A stretch of DNA of 64,000 nt from Pseudonocardia sp. SCN 73-27 (GCF_001725415.1 NZ_MEGH01000019.1:2795-66794); one strand, 5' to 3'; counted from the stretch's first letter, positions 35,587 through 45,374 are shown. Numbers and translations are program-made. Notes: generated from the sequence alone by a model not told the origin.

Positions 35587-38500
35587 TCAGCCGACCGCCG
35601 ACTCGCCCCAGATGTCCTCCAGGTAGCGGTGCTCGGCGCGCATCCCGGCGAGCCAGGTCTCCCCGTCGGCGCTGTCGGCGGAGCCTCCGTGCACCTCCAT
35701 GAACGCGGCCCGGACGGCCGGGGCCATCGTGTTGGCGTTGCCGCAGACGTAGACGTGCGCGTCCTGGTCGAGCAGCCTGCGCACCTCGTCGGCCTCGTCG
35801 ACGATCGCCTGCTGCACGTAGCGGCGGTTGTCGGCGACCCGGGAGAACGCCGTGCACAGCTTCACGACGCCGTCGCGTTCGAAGGCGCGCAGCTCGTCGG
35901 CGTAGAGGAAGTCCTGGTCGGGCGTGCGGCACCCGAAGAACAGCAGGGACTCCGCGATGGGCACCCCGCGCCGCTTGAGCGCGGCCCGTTCCTGGAGGAA
36001 CCCGCGGAACGGTGCCATGCCCGTCCCGGCCCCGACCATGATCATCGGGATGTGCGGGTTCTCCGGCGGCGTGAACGGGATCGTCGGCTTGCGGACGAAC
36101 GTGAACACCGTCCCGTCGACCTCGCTGCCGCGCAGGTGGGTCGAGCACACCCCGGCGAACCGGCCGTCGCGGCCGCGGGCGGGGGCGTCGAGCACGCCGA
36201 CGGTGATGTGGCAGGCCCCGTTCTCCGTCGGTGCCGACGAGATCGAGTAGTAGCGCGGCCGCAGCGGCGGCAGCATGTCGAGGAACTGCGCGAACTCCAG
36301 GTTGCAGCTGGGGTAGGCGTCGAGCAGGTCGAGCACCGTGACCCGCGGCTCGGCGATGGTCTTGCGGTAGCGGGCGCGACCTTCGTCGTCGAGTGTGGTG
36401 AGGGCCGTCAGCGCGTCGCGTTCGGCCGGGTCGGTCGCGACGGACGCGAGCGTCGTGATGTCGGAGCGCCCGGCGACGTCCTGCAGCTCGACGCAGCTGC
36501 CCAGCACCCCGAGCAGGGGTGCGGGCTCGTCGAGTGGCAGGTGGGTCCACGACCCGCCGTTGGGTGTGATCGTCAGATAGGTGCCTGCGTCGAGCTTGAA
36601 CTTGGCGATGACCCGGCGGATGAGGTCGACGTTGTTGCGCGGCAGCACACCCAGGTGGTCGCCGGTGGCGTACTCGGTGCCGGGCGCGAGCGCGATCTCG
36701 ACGTGGCGGGTCGAGCGGTCGGCGCCGTCGGCGTTGAGCTCACGGTTGACCAGGACGGTCGAGGGCCGCGCCCGGTAGGAGACGACGACCGGGTTGGTGG
36801 TCTGCCGGTTGGTCATCGTCAGCGTGAGCCGGGCACCCTTCGTGCCGGCGCCGACCGCGTCCGCACCGAGGCCGAGCGCCTCGGTCATGGCGGGCCACAT
36901 CGTCGCGTACCAGGCCTCGTACTGGCCGTCGAAGTCCGAGCGGGCGTCGCCCTCGCCGCGGTCGACGACGCGTCGGCCGCCGTGGGCCGCGAGCTGTTCG
37001 TCGAGCATGGTGGGGATCGCCTGGTAGGTCGACGCCCAGTCCATGTTGCCGCAGCCGAACACGGCGAACGCCGCTCCGGCGGCCGCGTCGGCCGGGGTCG
37101 CCGCGTCGCGGATCCAGGTGCAGAACTTCTCGGCGTTGTCGGGCGGCAGCCCGTTGTACGACGCGCACACGACGACGAGCGCGCCCTCCTTCGGCAGGTC
37201 GGCGACGTGGTCGTCGAGCGCGCCGAGGGTGACGGCGAACCCGCGGTCGGCACCGTCCTGGGCGATGCGGGTCGCGATGCCCTCGGCGGTGCCGAGGTTC
37301 GACCCGAACAGGACGGTGAGCGGAGTGCCGTGGCGGTCGCCGACGGGCGCGAGGCGCAGCGTCGGCTTCGCCGCCGGTGCCTGCGCGGCCCGTGGCGCGA
37401 CGACGACCGTGCCGGTGGTCCGGTCGGGGCGCGGCCGCAGCCGGATGAACAGCCCGTCGGGCTTGAGCGTCAACGCCTCCTTGATCTTCAGCTGGTAGTT
37501 GTGCTCGTCGATGAAGTCGAAGCGCTGCAGCAGCATGCCGAGCACGAGCACGGCTTCCTGCATCGCGAACTGCCGTCCGATGCACGCCCGCTGCCCCGAC
37601 CCGAACGGCTTGAACGCGTTGGGCGGCAACGTCGCGCGGAACTCGGCACGGAAGTGGTCGGGGTTGAACTCCTCCGCGTCAGGGCCCCAGATCTCGGGGA
37701 TGCGGTGCAACATCGGCGTCAGTGCGGTCAGCGACGAGCCCTTGGGGATGCGGTATCCGCCGAGGACCACGTCCTCGTAGGGGTAGCGGGTGAACGCCGG
37801 CGCGGTGGGCCAGAGCCGCAGGATCTCGTTGAGGATCTGGGTGACGTAGGTGAGGCCCTGGACCTGCTGAAAGCTCGGCATGACGCCCGGGTCGGTCCCC
37901 AGGACCCGGTCGACCTCGGCCTGCGCCTTCACGACGACGTCCCGGTTCTTGAGCAGGTAGGCGATCGTGAACGACAGCAGCCCGCTCGTGGTCTCGTGGC
38001 CGGCGACGAGGAACGTCAGGCACTGGCCGACGATGTTCTCGTCGGGCAGCGTCAGGCCGGTCTTCTTGTCGACGCCGGTGAGCATGCAGCTCAGCAGGTC
38101 CTGGTGCTCGTCGGCGTTCCCGGAGCGGCGCCGCTCGTCGAGGATGTTCTGGACCTCCCGCTCCATGTAGGCGTTGTCCTCCACGAGCTGGTGCTGCGCT
38201 CTGCGGCGGAACCGGATCAGCCCCGGCACCAGCCGGGCCCGCTTCTGGGTCTCGGTCAGCGTGCGCATCATCGCGCCGACGAACGGGTGCTGGGTGTTGC
38301 GGTAGAACGAGTTGAAGCGGTACCCGAACCCGCACAACGCGATGGTGTCGAGCGTCAGGCGTGTCATGTCGCCGGTGACGTCGACGTCCTCGCCCGGGTT
38401 GAGCCGCTCCCACTTCTGCATGAGCTGCAGTGCGATGTCGATCATCATCGGCAGGTAGCCCTGCATCGCCTGCATGCTGAAGTTGGGCAGCAGGATGTTG

Positions 38501-38829
38501 TGCGCCCGCTGCCACATCGGGTCGTCGGTGTCGGCGGTGAAGAGGCCGTCGCTCGGGCGCATCTTGCGCAGCTCCTTCTGCGCCGTCCCGACGAGCTTGT
38601 CGTACCGCGAGTCGTCGCACAGGTCGTCGACCATCTCCAGGCTCGAGACGACGTACCGGTCGCCGACCGGCGTGGTCAACCGCATGATCGGCCCGTAGGT
38701 GCGGGTGAGGTCCATCAGCGCCTGGATCATCCGGTCGCCGGGGATGTCGAGGGCGTTGCCGATGATCGGCTTGGCCGGTGGTCCGGGGATCTCGCTCGCG
38801 TCGCGGATCCCGATCGGGGTGGTGGTCAT
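35587..38829 (-). CDS. Self-sufficient cytochrome P450 / NADPH-P450 reductase fusion (CYP102 family)
   Basis: Heme domain AGHETT, EILR and FGSGQRACIG; FMN GSNLGTAE; FAD RYYSISS; NADPH GAGTGMAPFRG, YVCG and terminal DIW. Confidence 0.96.
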   Translation of the reverse strand: MTTTPIGIRDASEIPGPPAKPIIGNALDIPGDRMIQALMDLTRTYGPIMRLTTPVGDRYVVSSLEMVDDLCDDSRYDKLVGTAQKELRKMRPSDGLFTADTDDPMWQRAHNILLPNFSMQAMQGYLPMMIDIALQLMQKWERLNPGEDVDVTGDMTRLTLDTIALCGFGYRFNSFYRNTQHPFVGAMMRTLTETQKRARLVPGLIRFRRRAQHQLVEDNAYMEREVQNILDERRRSGNADEHQDLLSCMLTGVDKKTGLTLPDENIVGQCLTFLVAGHETTSGLLSFTIAYLLKNRDVVVKAQAEVDRVLGTDPGVMPSFQQVQGLTYVTQILNEILRLWPTAPAFTRYPYEDVVLGGYRIPKGSSLTALTPMLHRIPEIWGPDAEEFNPDHFRAEFRATLPPNAFKPFGSGQRACIGRQFAMQEAVLVLGMLLQRFDFIDEHNYQLKIKEALTLKPDGLFIRLRPRPDRTTGTVVVAPRAAQAPAAKPTLRLAPVGDRHGTPLTVLFGSNLGTAEGIATRIAQDGADRGFAVTLGALDDHVADLPKEGALVVVCASYNGLPPDNAEKFCTWIRDAATPADAAAGAAFAVFGCGNMDWASTYQAIPTMLDEQLAAHGGRRVVDRGEGDARSDFDGQYEAWYATMWPAMTEALGLGADAVGAGTKGARLTLTMTNRQTTNPVVVSYRARPSTVLVNRELNADGADRSTRHVEIALAPGTEYATGDHLGVLPRNNVDLIRRVIAKFKLDAGTYLTITPNGGSWTHLPLDEPAPLLGVLGSCVELQDVAGRSDITTLASVATDPAERDALTALTTLDDEGRARYRKTIAEPRVTVLDLLDAYPSCNLEFAQFLDMLPPLRPRYYSISSAPTENGACHITVGVLDAPARGRDGRFAGVCSTHLRGSEVDGTVFTFVRKPTIPFTPPENPHIPMIMVGAGTGMAPFRGFLQERAALKRRGVPIAESLLFFGCRTPDQDFLYADELRAFERDGVVKLCTAFSRVADNRRYVQQAIVDEADEVRRLLDQDAHVYVCGNANTMAPAVRAAFMEVHGGSADSADGETWLAGMRAEHRYLEDIWGESAVG

Positions 38830-39545
38830 GAGGCAGCCTCCGGAATCGCGCGGGCGCCGGGACGTCCGGCGCGGACGAGGACGATGACGCCGACGAGCAC
38901 GGCCCACCCGGGCAGCACCAGCAGGACGGCAGGGTTGAAGGTGGTGGCGATCAACATCGCCAGTGCGAGGACGTAGCTGAGCAGCCCGAGCCAGCGCGGC
39001 AGCAGCGCGGCCTTCATGAGCAGCGTCGTCGTGGTCATGACGTACATGCCGGCGGCGCGGACCGCGTACACGAAGACGACCGCGTACCCGATGCCCGAGA
39101 GCGCCCGGCCGACGTCGGGGCCCGGCACCGGACCGGTCCCGATGTCGACGACGAGTGCCACGGCCCCGGCCGCCGCGGTGCCGACCCACAGCAGCGCGAC
39201 GAACAGCCCACCGGCGAGGACCTGTAACGACATCGGCATCTTCGGCACGTCCGGGGCGAGCTCGCGGACCAGCAGTCGCACCGTGATCATGTGCCAGAGG
39301 AACGCGATGCCCGCGAACGGGATGAGGTAGAGGCCGACGGTGATCAGCACCGTCTTGCCGCCCGGCGCGTAGAAGGCGTCGTAGGACTGGTCGCTGGCGG
39401 CGAACCCGGGGGACCGGTTCACCAGGATCAGCGCGAGCGACATCAGCACCGCGAACACCACGGCCAGGACCCCGGAGAGCCTGGCGTACTTGGCGGCCTC
39501 GGCCGAGACGACGGGTCGGGTACCGGCGTCGCGCAGATCAGCCAT
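38826..39545 (-). CDS. Multi-pass membrane protein of unknown function
   Basis: About 6 TM segments; ATGA overlap with the P450 start. Confidence 0.8.
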   Translation of the reverse strand: MADLRDAGTRPVVSAEAAKYARLSGVLAVVFAVLMSLALILVNRSPGFAASDQSYDAFYAPGGKTVLITVGLYLIPFAGIAFLWHMITVRLLVRELAPDVPKMPMSLQVLAGGLFVALLWVGTAAAGAVALVVDIGTGPVPGPDVGRALSGIGYAVVFVYAVRAAGMYVMTTTTLLMKAALLPRWLGLLSYVLALAMLIATTFNPAVLLVLPGWAVLVGVIVLVRAGRPGARAIPEAAS

Positions 39546-39726
39546 CGTCGTTCCCCCGGTCACGCGTGGCTGCCGGGTCGTCGTCGAGCGCCGGCAGGTC
39601 GATCGCCTCGAGCACACGGAGCAGGTCGAGCACTCCGGTGAACGGGCCGCCGCCACCATCGGGGGCACGGACGGTCCCTTCGATGCGGCCGTCCCCGCTC
39701 CGGAAGAGGTCCATCTGGATCCGCAT
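39538..39726 (-). CDS. Small 62-aa protein
   Basis: Strong RBS GGAGGAGGGAGG; MRIQMDLFRSGDGRIEGTV...PFTGVLDLLRVLE; overlaps the next gene. Confidence 0.65.
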   Translation of the reverse strand: MRIQMDLFRSGDGRIEGTVRAPDGGGGPFTGVLDLLRVLEAIDLPALDDDPAATRDRGNDDG

Positions 39727-39814
39727 GGCCCCTCCCTCCTCCGGGCCGTGGCCGGCCCGAGGTGGCGTGCGCCGTCGAGCATCGGCCCGGGAGGGTGGGC
39801 AGTGGGCTGTCAGG

Positions 39815-39835
39815 ACCTTCCAGCGAACCTTCCAG
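39815..39835. promoter_or_regulatory. 9-bp direct repeat (ACCTTCCAG x2, 12-bp period) between LuxR-ATPase and its downstream operon
   Basis: 39815-39823 and 39827-39835. Confidence 0.45.
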
Positions 39836-39848
39836 TGCAGCTCCGAGG

Positions 39849-42533
39849 TCACAGGCCTTGGAGGTGTGAGGTCAGCTCGCGGCGGGAGGAGATGCCGAGC
39901 TTCGCGTAGATGTTGGACAGGTGGAACGCGACGGTGCGGCCCGTGACGAACAAGGTCGCGCCGACCTCGCGGTTGGTCCGGCCCTGCGCGACGAGCCGGG
40001 CGACGGCCAGCTCCTGCGGCGTCAGCGAGAGCGGTCCGCCTGCGGCGGGGGGATGCAGGCCGGCAGCGCGCAGCTCGTCGTCACTGCGCGCGGCGAAGGG
40101 GGCGGCGCCGAGGCGGGTGAGCCGTTCGTGGGCGGTGCGCAGCAGGTCGACGCCGGGGCGACGCTCGCCCGCGGTGATGAGGTGTCGTCCGAACGCGGTC
40201 TCCAGCCGGGCACGGGGGAGCTCGGCGCGGGCCTGCCCGGCGACGTCGACGGCCTGCTCGTAGTCGGATCGGCGGTCGGTCAGCTCGGCGCGCAGTCGCG
40301 CGACCTCGACGGCCGTCCACCCCGGACGGCCGGCGACGCGCAGTGCGAGGGCGTCGAGCTCCGCGATGGCGGCGTCGTGCTCACCGGTCCCGATCAGGGC
40401 CTCGACGAGCAGCGCCCGCCACGGCAGGACCCCGACCCGGTCGACCGGGCCGTGCACGGCGGCGTCGGCGACCCGAGGGGCGAGCGCCGTGTGCATGCCC
40501 GCGGGGTCGCCGCGGGCCTGGGCGAGGATCGCGGCCGCCGTCGACGAGTAGGCGTACCCGCCCCACCACGGCAGCAGCCGGGTCGCACCCAGCGCGGTGT
40601 CGACGCGGGTCTGCGCGACGTCCCAGTCGCCGCGGCCGGAGGCGACGTAGCTGGTCAGGGCGTTGGTGATGCCCGCACCGAGGAGGACACCGGCGTCGCG
40701 GGCCAGTGACAGGGCGAGGGTGCCGTGCGCGGCCGAGCCGTCCCAGTCACCGATCCGGTAGGTGGCCTCGGAGAGGTGGGCGAGGGCGAGCACGCGGGCC
40801 TGCATCGACATGCCGGTGGCGTCGTCGCGGACGATCGCGGCCAGCGTCTCGGCGGCCGCGCCCGCGTCCTCCCGCCAGAGCGCCACCACGCCGCGCAGCG
40901 CCGCCGCCTCCACGCTCCCGCCGTTGCGGGCGAGCGCGGCGTCGGCGCCGGCGTGGTCGCCGTTCGCGAACAGCGCGACGGTGCGGACGAACCGGGCCGT
41001 CGGTTCGTCCTCGGCCGCGGGTCCCCAGGTCAGTGCCCGGCCGGCGAGCTCGGCGGCCGCGTCCGTGTCGCCCTCGATCAACGACAGCAACGACAGGTGC
41101 GCGGCGGCGGCGGCGCGGCGGGTGTCGTCGTCGCCCGCGGCGTCGAGGGCGGTGGCGAGAGAGACGCGGGCGGCGTGGAAGCGGCCCGTCATCGCCTCCA
41201 GCCTGCCGACGACGCGGCTGCGCGCGGCACTCGGCGGCAGCGCCCGGACGTCGGGTTCGCTGCGCAGGGCGCGGCCGAGGTCACCACCCGCGAGCATCGC
41301 GTCGACACCCCCGACGAGCCGGGCCGCCCGCGCCGCCGGGTCGGGGCTGAGGTCGGCGGCCGACAGGAGGTGGTCGGCGGCGGCGCGCCACCGGCGGGCG
41401 GCGGCGTCGTCGCGGGCCTGTGCCTCCAGCTCGGCCGCGAGGTCCGGGTCGACACCGACGGCTGCAGCGACCCGGTGCGCGGTCGCCGCCCTCCCGTCGA
41501 CGAGCTCCGCCGCGGCCCGGTGCAGGGCGTGCCGCCGCGCCGGGGGCAGGTCGCCGTACACGGCCGCGCGCACGAGCTGGTGGGGGAAGGCGATGTCGCG
41601 CCCGGACTCGACGAGCAACCCCGCACGGACGGCTTCGTCGAGCGCGGCCACCGGATCGTCCACACCCGACGCGGTGACGGCGTCGCCGAGCGGGCAGTGG
41701 TCGCCGAGCACTGCGGCGGTGAGGACGAGCTCACGCGTCGCCGGGGCAAGCGCGGCCACCCTGACCAGCACCAACGTCGCGAACGACCGGGGTGCGGGCA
41801 GCGCGGTGGAGGTGTCGAGCAGGACGTCGGCGGGCAGTTCGCGCAGCAGCGCCGCCGCGTGCAGGGGATGGCCGTCGGTGTGCTCGCGCAGCCGGTCCGC
41901 CGCGGCCGGGGTCAGCTCCCGGTCGAGGGTGCGGCCCAGCTCGACGAGGTCGTCGGCGTCGAGCCCGGCGAGCGCGACCCGTCGGGGCGGCCGTGCGCCG
42001 ACGGCGCCGCGTTCCCACCAGGCCGGACCCGGGTCCGGGTCGCGCACCCCGAGCACGACCAGCACGTGGTCGCGGCGCAGCCGGCGCACGGTGAACGCCA
42101 GCGCGCGGGCGGACGCGTCGTCGATCCACTGGGTGTCGTCGACGACGAGCAGGACGGGATCGCCCGCCTCGAGCTCGCCGAGCGCCGCGAGCAGCTGGGC
42201 GCCGACAGCGAGCGGATCGGCGGTCGCGGGCGGGGCCGTCGTGAGGAGAGGGCCGCGGGCGTCGGCGGGGATGTCGGCGACGAGCTGGCCGACGATCCCG
42301 AACGGCAGGGCGACCTCCTCGGGCGCACCCGTCGCGCGCAGGACCGCGGTGACCGGGCCGGACGTGGCGAGCCGGCGCAACAGGGTCGTCTTCCCGATCC
42401 CGGCGGCTCCGGACACGACGACGACGGACGGGTCACCCCCGCGCGCCCGGTTGAGCTCACCGAACAGCGTGGCGAGTTCCTCCGTCCGCCCGACGAACGG
42501 CTCCCCCGAGCCCACACCGTCGAGTCTGGTCAT
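39849..42533 (-). CDS. LAL-type AAA ATPase / LuxR-HTH regulator
   Basis: FVGRTEEL, Walker A GAAGIGKT, Walker B LVVDDTQW, TDGHPL and C-terminal LTPQELAVARLVAQGRTNREV...HLSNIYAKL. Confidence 0.93.
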   Translation of the reverse strand: MTRLDGVGSGEPFVGRTEELATLFGELNRARGGDPSVVVVSGAAGIGKTTLLRRLATSGPVTAVLRATGAPEEVALPFGIVGQLVADIPADARGPLLTTAPPATADPLAVGAQLLAALGELEAGDPVLLVVDDTQWIDDASARALAFTVRRLRRDHVLVVLGVRDPDPGPAWWERGAVGARPPRRVALAGLDADDLVELGRTLDRELTPAAADRLREHTDGHPLHAAALLRELPADVLLDTSTALPAPRSFATLVLVRVAALAPATRELVLTAAVLGDHCPLGDAVTASGVDDPVAALDEAVRAGLLVESGRDIAFPHQLVRAAVYGDLPPARRHALHRAAAELVDGRAATAHRVAAAVGVDPDLAAELEAQARDDAAARRWRAAADHLLSAADLSPDPAARAARLVGGVDAMLAGGDLGRALRSEPDVRALPPSAARSRVVGRLEAMTGRFHAARVSLATALDAAGDDDTRRAAAAAHLSLLSLIEGDTDAAAELAGRALTWGPAAEDEPTARFVRTVALFANGDHAGADAALARNGGSVEAAALRGVVALWREDAGAAAETLAAIVRDDATGMSMQARVLALAHLSEATYRIGDWDGSAAHGTLALSLARDAGVLLGAGITNALTSYVASGRGDWDVAQTRVDTALGATRLLPWWGGYAYSSTAAAILAQARGDPAGMHTALAPRVADAAVHGPVDRVGVLPWRALLVEALIGTGEHDAAIAELDALALRVAGRPGWTAVEVARLRAELTDRRSDYEQAVDVAGQARAELPRARLETAFGRHLITAGERRPGVDLLRTAHERLTRLGAAPFAARSDDELRAAGLHPPAAGGPLSLTPQELAVARLVAQGRTNREVGATLFVTGRTVAFHLSNIYAKLGISSRRELTSHLQGL

Positions 42534-42570
42534 GAGGCCCCGACCGGACAAGGGCCGATCGGCGCGGCAC

Positions 42571-42580
42571 TTGTATACAA
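42571..42580. promoter_or_regulatory. Palindrome TTGTATACAA (GntR-type operator-like)
   Basis: Perfect AT-rich 10-bp palindrome in the divergent gap. Confidence 0.45.
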
Positions 42581-42636
42581 ATCTCTCGCGATGGCAGAGG
42601 ATGGGCCGGTCGCCCGATCCATGAGGAGGGAACTGC

Positions 42637-43869
42637 ATGCAACGCACGGTTCTGGTCAACGGCACGTTCCTCACCGGCGACGATCTGACGCCCGTCACCG
42701 GCTCTCTCGCGATCGCCGACGGCCGCATCGAGTCGTTCGGAACCGACATCCCGACCCGCCCCGGCGACGACGTCGTCGACCTCGGCGGAGCGTTCGCGAT
42801 GCCCGGTCTCATGGACGCGCACTGCCACCTCATCTACCGCGACGTCGCCGACCCGTACGACATCGAGCTGCGCAAGTCCGTCCCGCAGGCGACCGTCGAC
42901 GCCGTCCACAACGCCGGGGTACTGCTGGGCAAGGGATTCACGACCGTCCGCGACGTCGGCAGCCGCGCCAACATCGGCGTCGAGGTCCGCGACGCGATCC
43001 GCCGCGGCGACGTCCCCGGCCCGCGGGTCCTCGCGGCGGGGCGCATCGTCTCCGCACCCGGCGGCCTCGGCGACTTCCAGCCCTCCCACCTGTTCGAGCA
43101 CGCGCCCTACCCGCACAGCCTGGCCGTGCAGGTCGTCGGCCCGTACGAGGCCGCGGCCGTCGTCCGCACCCAGCTCAAGGACGGCGTCGACTGGATCAAG
43201 GTCGGGGTCAGCGGCACCGGGTTCAACCCGCTGTGCCCCGCCGAGCGCAGCGGCCTCACCGACGTCGAGTTCCACGCGCTCGTCGACGAGGCCGTCCGCC
43301 AGGGCGTGCCCGTCGTCGCCCACGCCGAGTCCGAGGACTCGGTGCGCACCGCCGCCCGCGCCGGCGTCGCCAGCATCGAGCACGCGCTCTTCCTCGCCGA
43401 CGACGCGCTGGAGGCGGTCGTCGAGCACGGCCTGACGATCTCCCCGACGCTGTCGATGTACCGGGCGTTCGCCGAGCAGGGGCTGCAGATGGGCATCCCG
43501 CAGGTCATCGTCGACCAGCACAGACGCACCCACGAGCACCACGTCGCGAGCATCGCCAAGGCGACGGCCGCGGGCGTCCCGATCGTCGCGGGCGGCGACG
43601 CCGGGCTCACCCACTTCGTGCAGGGCAGCTGTGCGGTCGAGCCCGCGACCTACGTCGAGCTCGTCGGCATGACGCCGCGTGCAGCGCTGCAGTCGATCAC
43701 CGTGAACATCGCGCGGCTGCTGCGGATCGACGACGAGGTCGGCACCCTCGCGCCCGGGAAGGTCGCCGACGTGCTCGTCCTGCGCCGGGATCCGCTGGCC
43801 GACGTCACGGCGTTGTCCGACGACGCGGCCCGGGTCATGGTCGTGCAGGGTGGGCGGATCGTGTCCTAG
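42637..43869 (+). CDS. Metal-dependent amidohydrolase (prolidase-like / Xaa-Pro dipeptidase subgroup)
   Basis: PGLMDAHCH, GFTTVRDVG, WIKV, AHA, SIEH, GGDAG and GTLAPGKVAD. Confidence 0.92.
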   Translation: MQRTVLVNGTFLTGDDLTPVTGSLAIADGRIESFGTDIPTRPGDDVVDLGGAFAMPGLMDAHCHLIYRDVADPYDIELRKSVPQATVDAVHNAGVLLGKGFTTVRDVGSRANIGVEVRDAIRRGDVPGPRVLAAGRIVSAPGGLGDFQPSHLFEHAPYPHSLAVQVVGPYEAAAVVRTQLKDGVDWIKVGVSGTGFNPLCPAERSGLTDVEFHALVDEAVRQGVPVVAHAESEDSVRTAARAGVASIEHALFLADDALEAVVEHGLTISPTLSMYRAFAEQGLQMGIPQVIVDQHRRTHEHHVASIAKATAAGVPIVAGGDAGLTHFVQGSCAVEPATYVELVGMTPRAALQSITVNIARLLRIDDEVGTLAPGKVADVLVLRRDPLADVTALSDDAARVMVVQGGRIVS

Positions 43870-44902
43870 ACGTACTGCCTGGATCCGCGCCGGTGATGTG
43901 GTCAGGCGCCGCCGTCACCGGGAATGCCGGTTTCCGAGGCCCTCCGGCCCGATTCGGATCAGGCCCGTACGCGGCGGCCAGCTCCGCGCCGATCCGGGCC
44001 AGCTCGGCCTTCACCGAGCCGGGCCCGAGCACCTCGACGCCCGCGCCCCAGCCCGCCAGGTTCTCGGCGATCGAGAGTGCCATCGGCGCCGCGACCCTGA
44101 GGCGGACGCGGCCGTCGTCCTCGACGCCGAGCGTCGCGCAGTGCCGGCCGAACTGGTGGCGCAGCACGTGCGCGTGCCGCTCCGGGATCAGCACGATCGC
44201 CTCGACCAGGGACCTCCGACGTTCCATCTCGCCGACGACCTCCTCCCACTCGCGGGAGAGATCGAGGTCGCCGGGCCGTTCGGCGGGCTCGCCGGTGACC
44301 TCGACGGCGACGACCCGGTCGACGCGGAACGTCCGGCGTCCCCTGTCGGTCCCGCAGAGGAGGTACCAGTCGCCGTCCTTGTCGACGAGCCCCCACGGGT
44401 CGACGAGCCGCTCCGACCTGCGTCGTCTTGCGTCCTCGTAGGTCAGCCGGGCGCGGCGACGGCGCACGACGGCGTCCTGCAGCGTGTCGACCATCGCCGG
44501 GCGGTGACGGTCGTCGCGACCCCAGCGTGCCGGGTCGACGACGACCGACTCGGCGGCGGCCTCGGCGTCGGCGCGGAAGGTGTCGGGCAGTGCGGCGACC
44601 AGTTTGCGCAACGCCGAGCGTGCGGCCGGAGCGACCGCGGCACCCGGCCCGGCCAGCGCGAACAGCGCTGTCGCCTCCCCGGCGGTGAGCCCGGTGAGGT
44701 CGGTGCGGGCGCCGCCGACCAGCGACCAGCCCCCACCCCGGCCCGGCTGCGGGCACACCGGCACCCCCGCCGACGACAACGCCTCCAGGTCACGACGAGC
44801 CGTGGCCACCGAGACCTCCAGTTCCTCGGCGACCTGCGCGGCGGTCACCCGGCCCCGCGCCTGCATGAGCAGGAGGGTGGCCACGAGGCGGTCGGCGCGC
44901 AT
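43835..44902 (-). CDS. YafY-type HTH-WYL-WCX transcriptional regulator
   Basis: MRADRL...ELEVSVATARRDLEAL, DPWGLV, WYLLC and RTFRVDRV. Confidence 0.93.
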   Translation of the reverse strand: MRADRLVATLLLMQARGRVTAAQVAEELEVSVATARRDLEALSSAGVPVCPQPGRGGGWSLVGGARTDLTGLTAGEATALFALAGPGAAVAPAARSALRKLVAALPDTFRADAEAAAESVVVDPARWGRDDRHRPAMVDTLQDAVVRRRRARLTYEDARRRRSERLVDPWGLVDKDGDWYLLCGTDRGRRTFRVDRVVAVEVTGEPAERPGDLDLSREWEEVVGEMERRRSLVEAIVLIPERHAHVLRHQFGRHCATLGVEDDGRVRLRVAAPMALSIAENLAGWGAGVEVLGPGSVKAELARIGAELAAAYGPDPNRAGGPRKPAFPVTAAPDHITGADPGSTSRTRSAHPARP

Positions 44903-44923
44903 GGCTGCGGATTCTGCCCGGAA

Positions 44924-44946
44924 AAGTGCTCATTCGGTGAGCACTT
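44924..44946. promoter_or_regulatory. Perfect palindrome AAGTGCTCA-N5-TGAGCACTT (candidate WYL-regulator site)
   Basis: 9-bp IR in the 64-bp divergent gap. Confidence 0.75.
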
Positions 44947-44966
44947 CACCTCGGCATGGTGTCTCC

Positions 44967-45374
44967 ATGCTTCGAGGACTCACCACGGTCAGCTTCTACG
45001 CCGACGATCTCGCCGCCGCTCGCGACTGGTACACGCAGGTGCTCGGCATCGAGCCCTACTTCGCCTTCCCGCCGGCGCCGCAGCCGCCCGCCTACATCGA
45101 GTTCCGCATCGGCGACGACGAGGACGAGCTGGGCTTCGTCGACCGCCGCTGGGCCCCGCCCGGCAGCACCGGCACGCCGGGCGGGGCGGTCGTGTTCTGG
45201 CACGTCGACGACCTGGAGGCCACCGTCGCCCGGCTCCTGGAGCTCGGCGCGACCGAGTACGAGCCGATCACGCCGCGCGGCGACTCCGGGTTCGTGACGG
45301 CCTCGGTCGTCGACCCGTTCGGCAACGTCCTCGGGGTCATGACGAACCCGCACTTCGCGGCGCTGCACTCGTGA
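44967..45374 (+). CDS. VOC/glyoxalase/bleomycin-resistance family protein
   Basis: VSFYADDLAAARDWY, FWHVDDL and DPFGNVLG. Confidence 0.9.
   Translation: MLRGLTTVSFYADDLAAARDWYTQVLGIEPYFAFPPAPQPPAYIEFRIGDDEDELGFVDRRWAPPGSTGTPGGAVVFWHVDDLEATVARLLELGATEYEPITPRGDSGFVTASVVDPFGNVLGVMTNPHFAALHS

Noticed and set aside
35500-38976. Very long antisense or alternate-frame ORFs (also 655-1974, 6300-8345, 40725-44441, 51440-54745 and many Arg/Pro/Ala-rich ORFs)
   Set aside because: Shadows of real genes in high-GC DNA, where stop codons are scarce on the opposite strand. They have no motifs and overlap well-supported CDS.
43835-43869. 35-bp convergent overlap of the WYL gene with the amidohydrolase
   Set aside because: Probably a non-conserved C-terminal extension after ELAAAYG, with no evidence of function.
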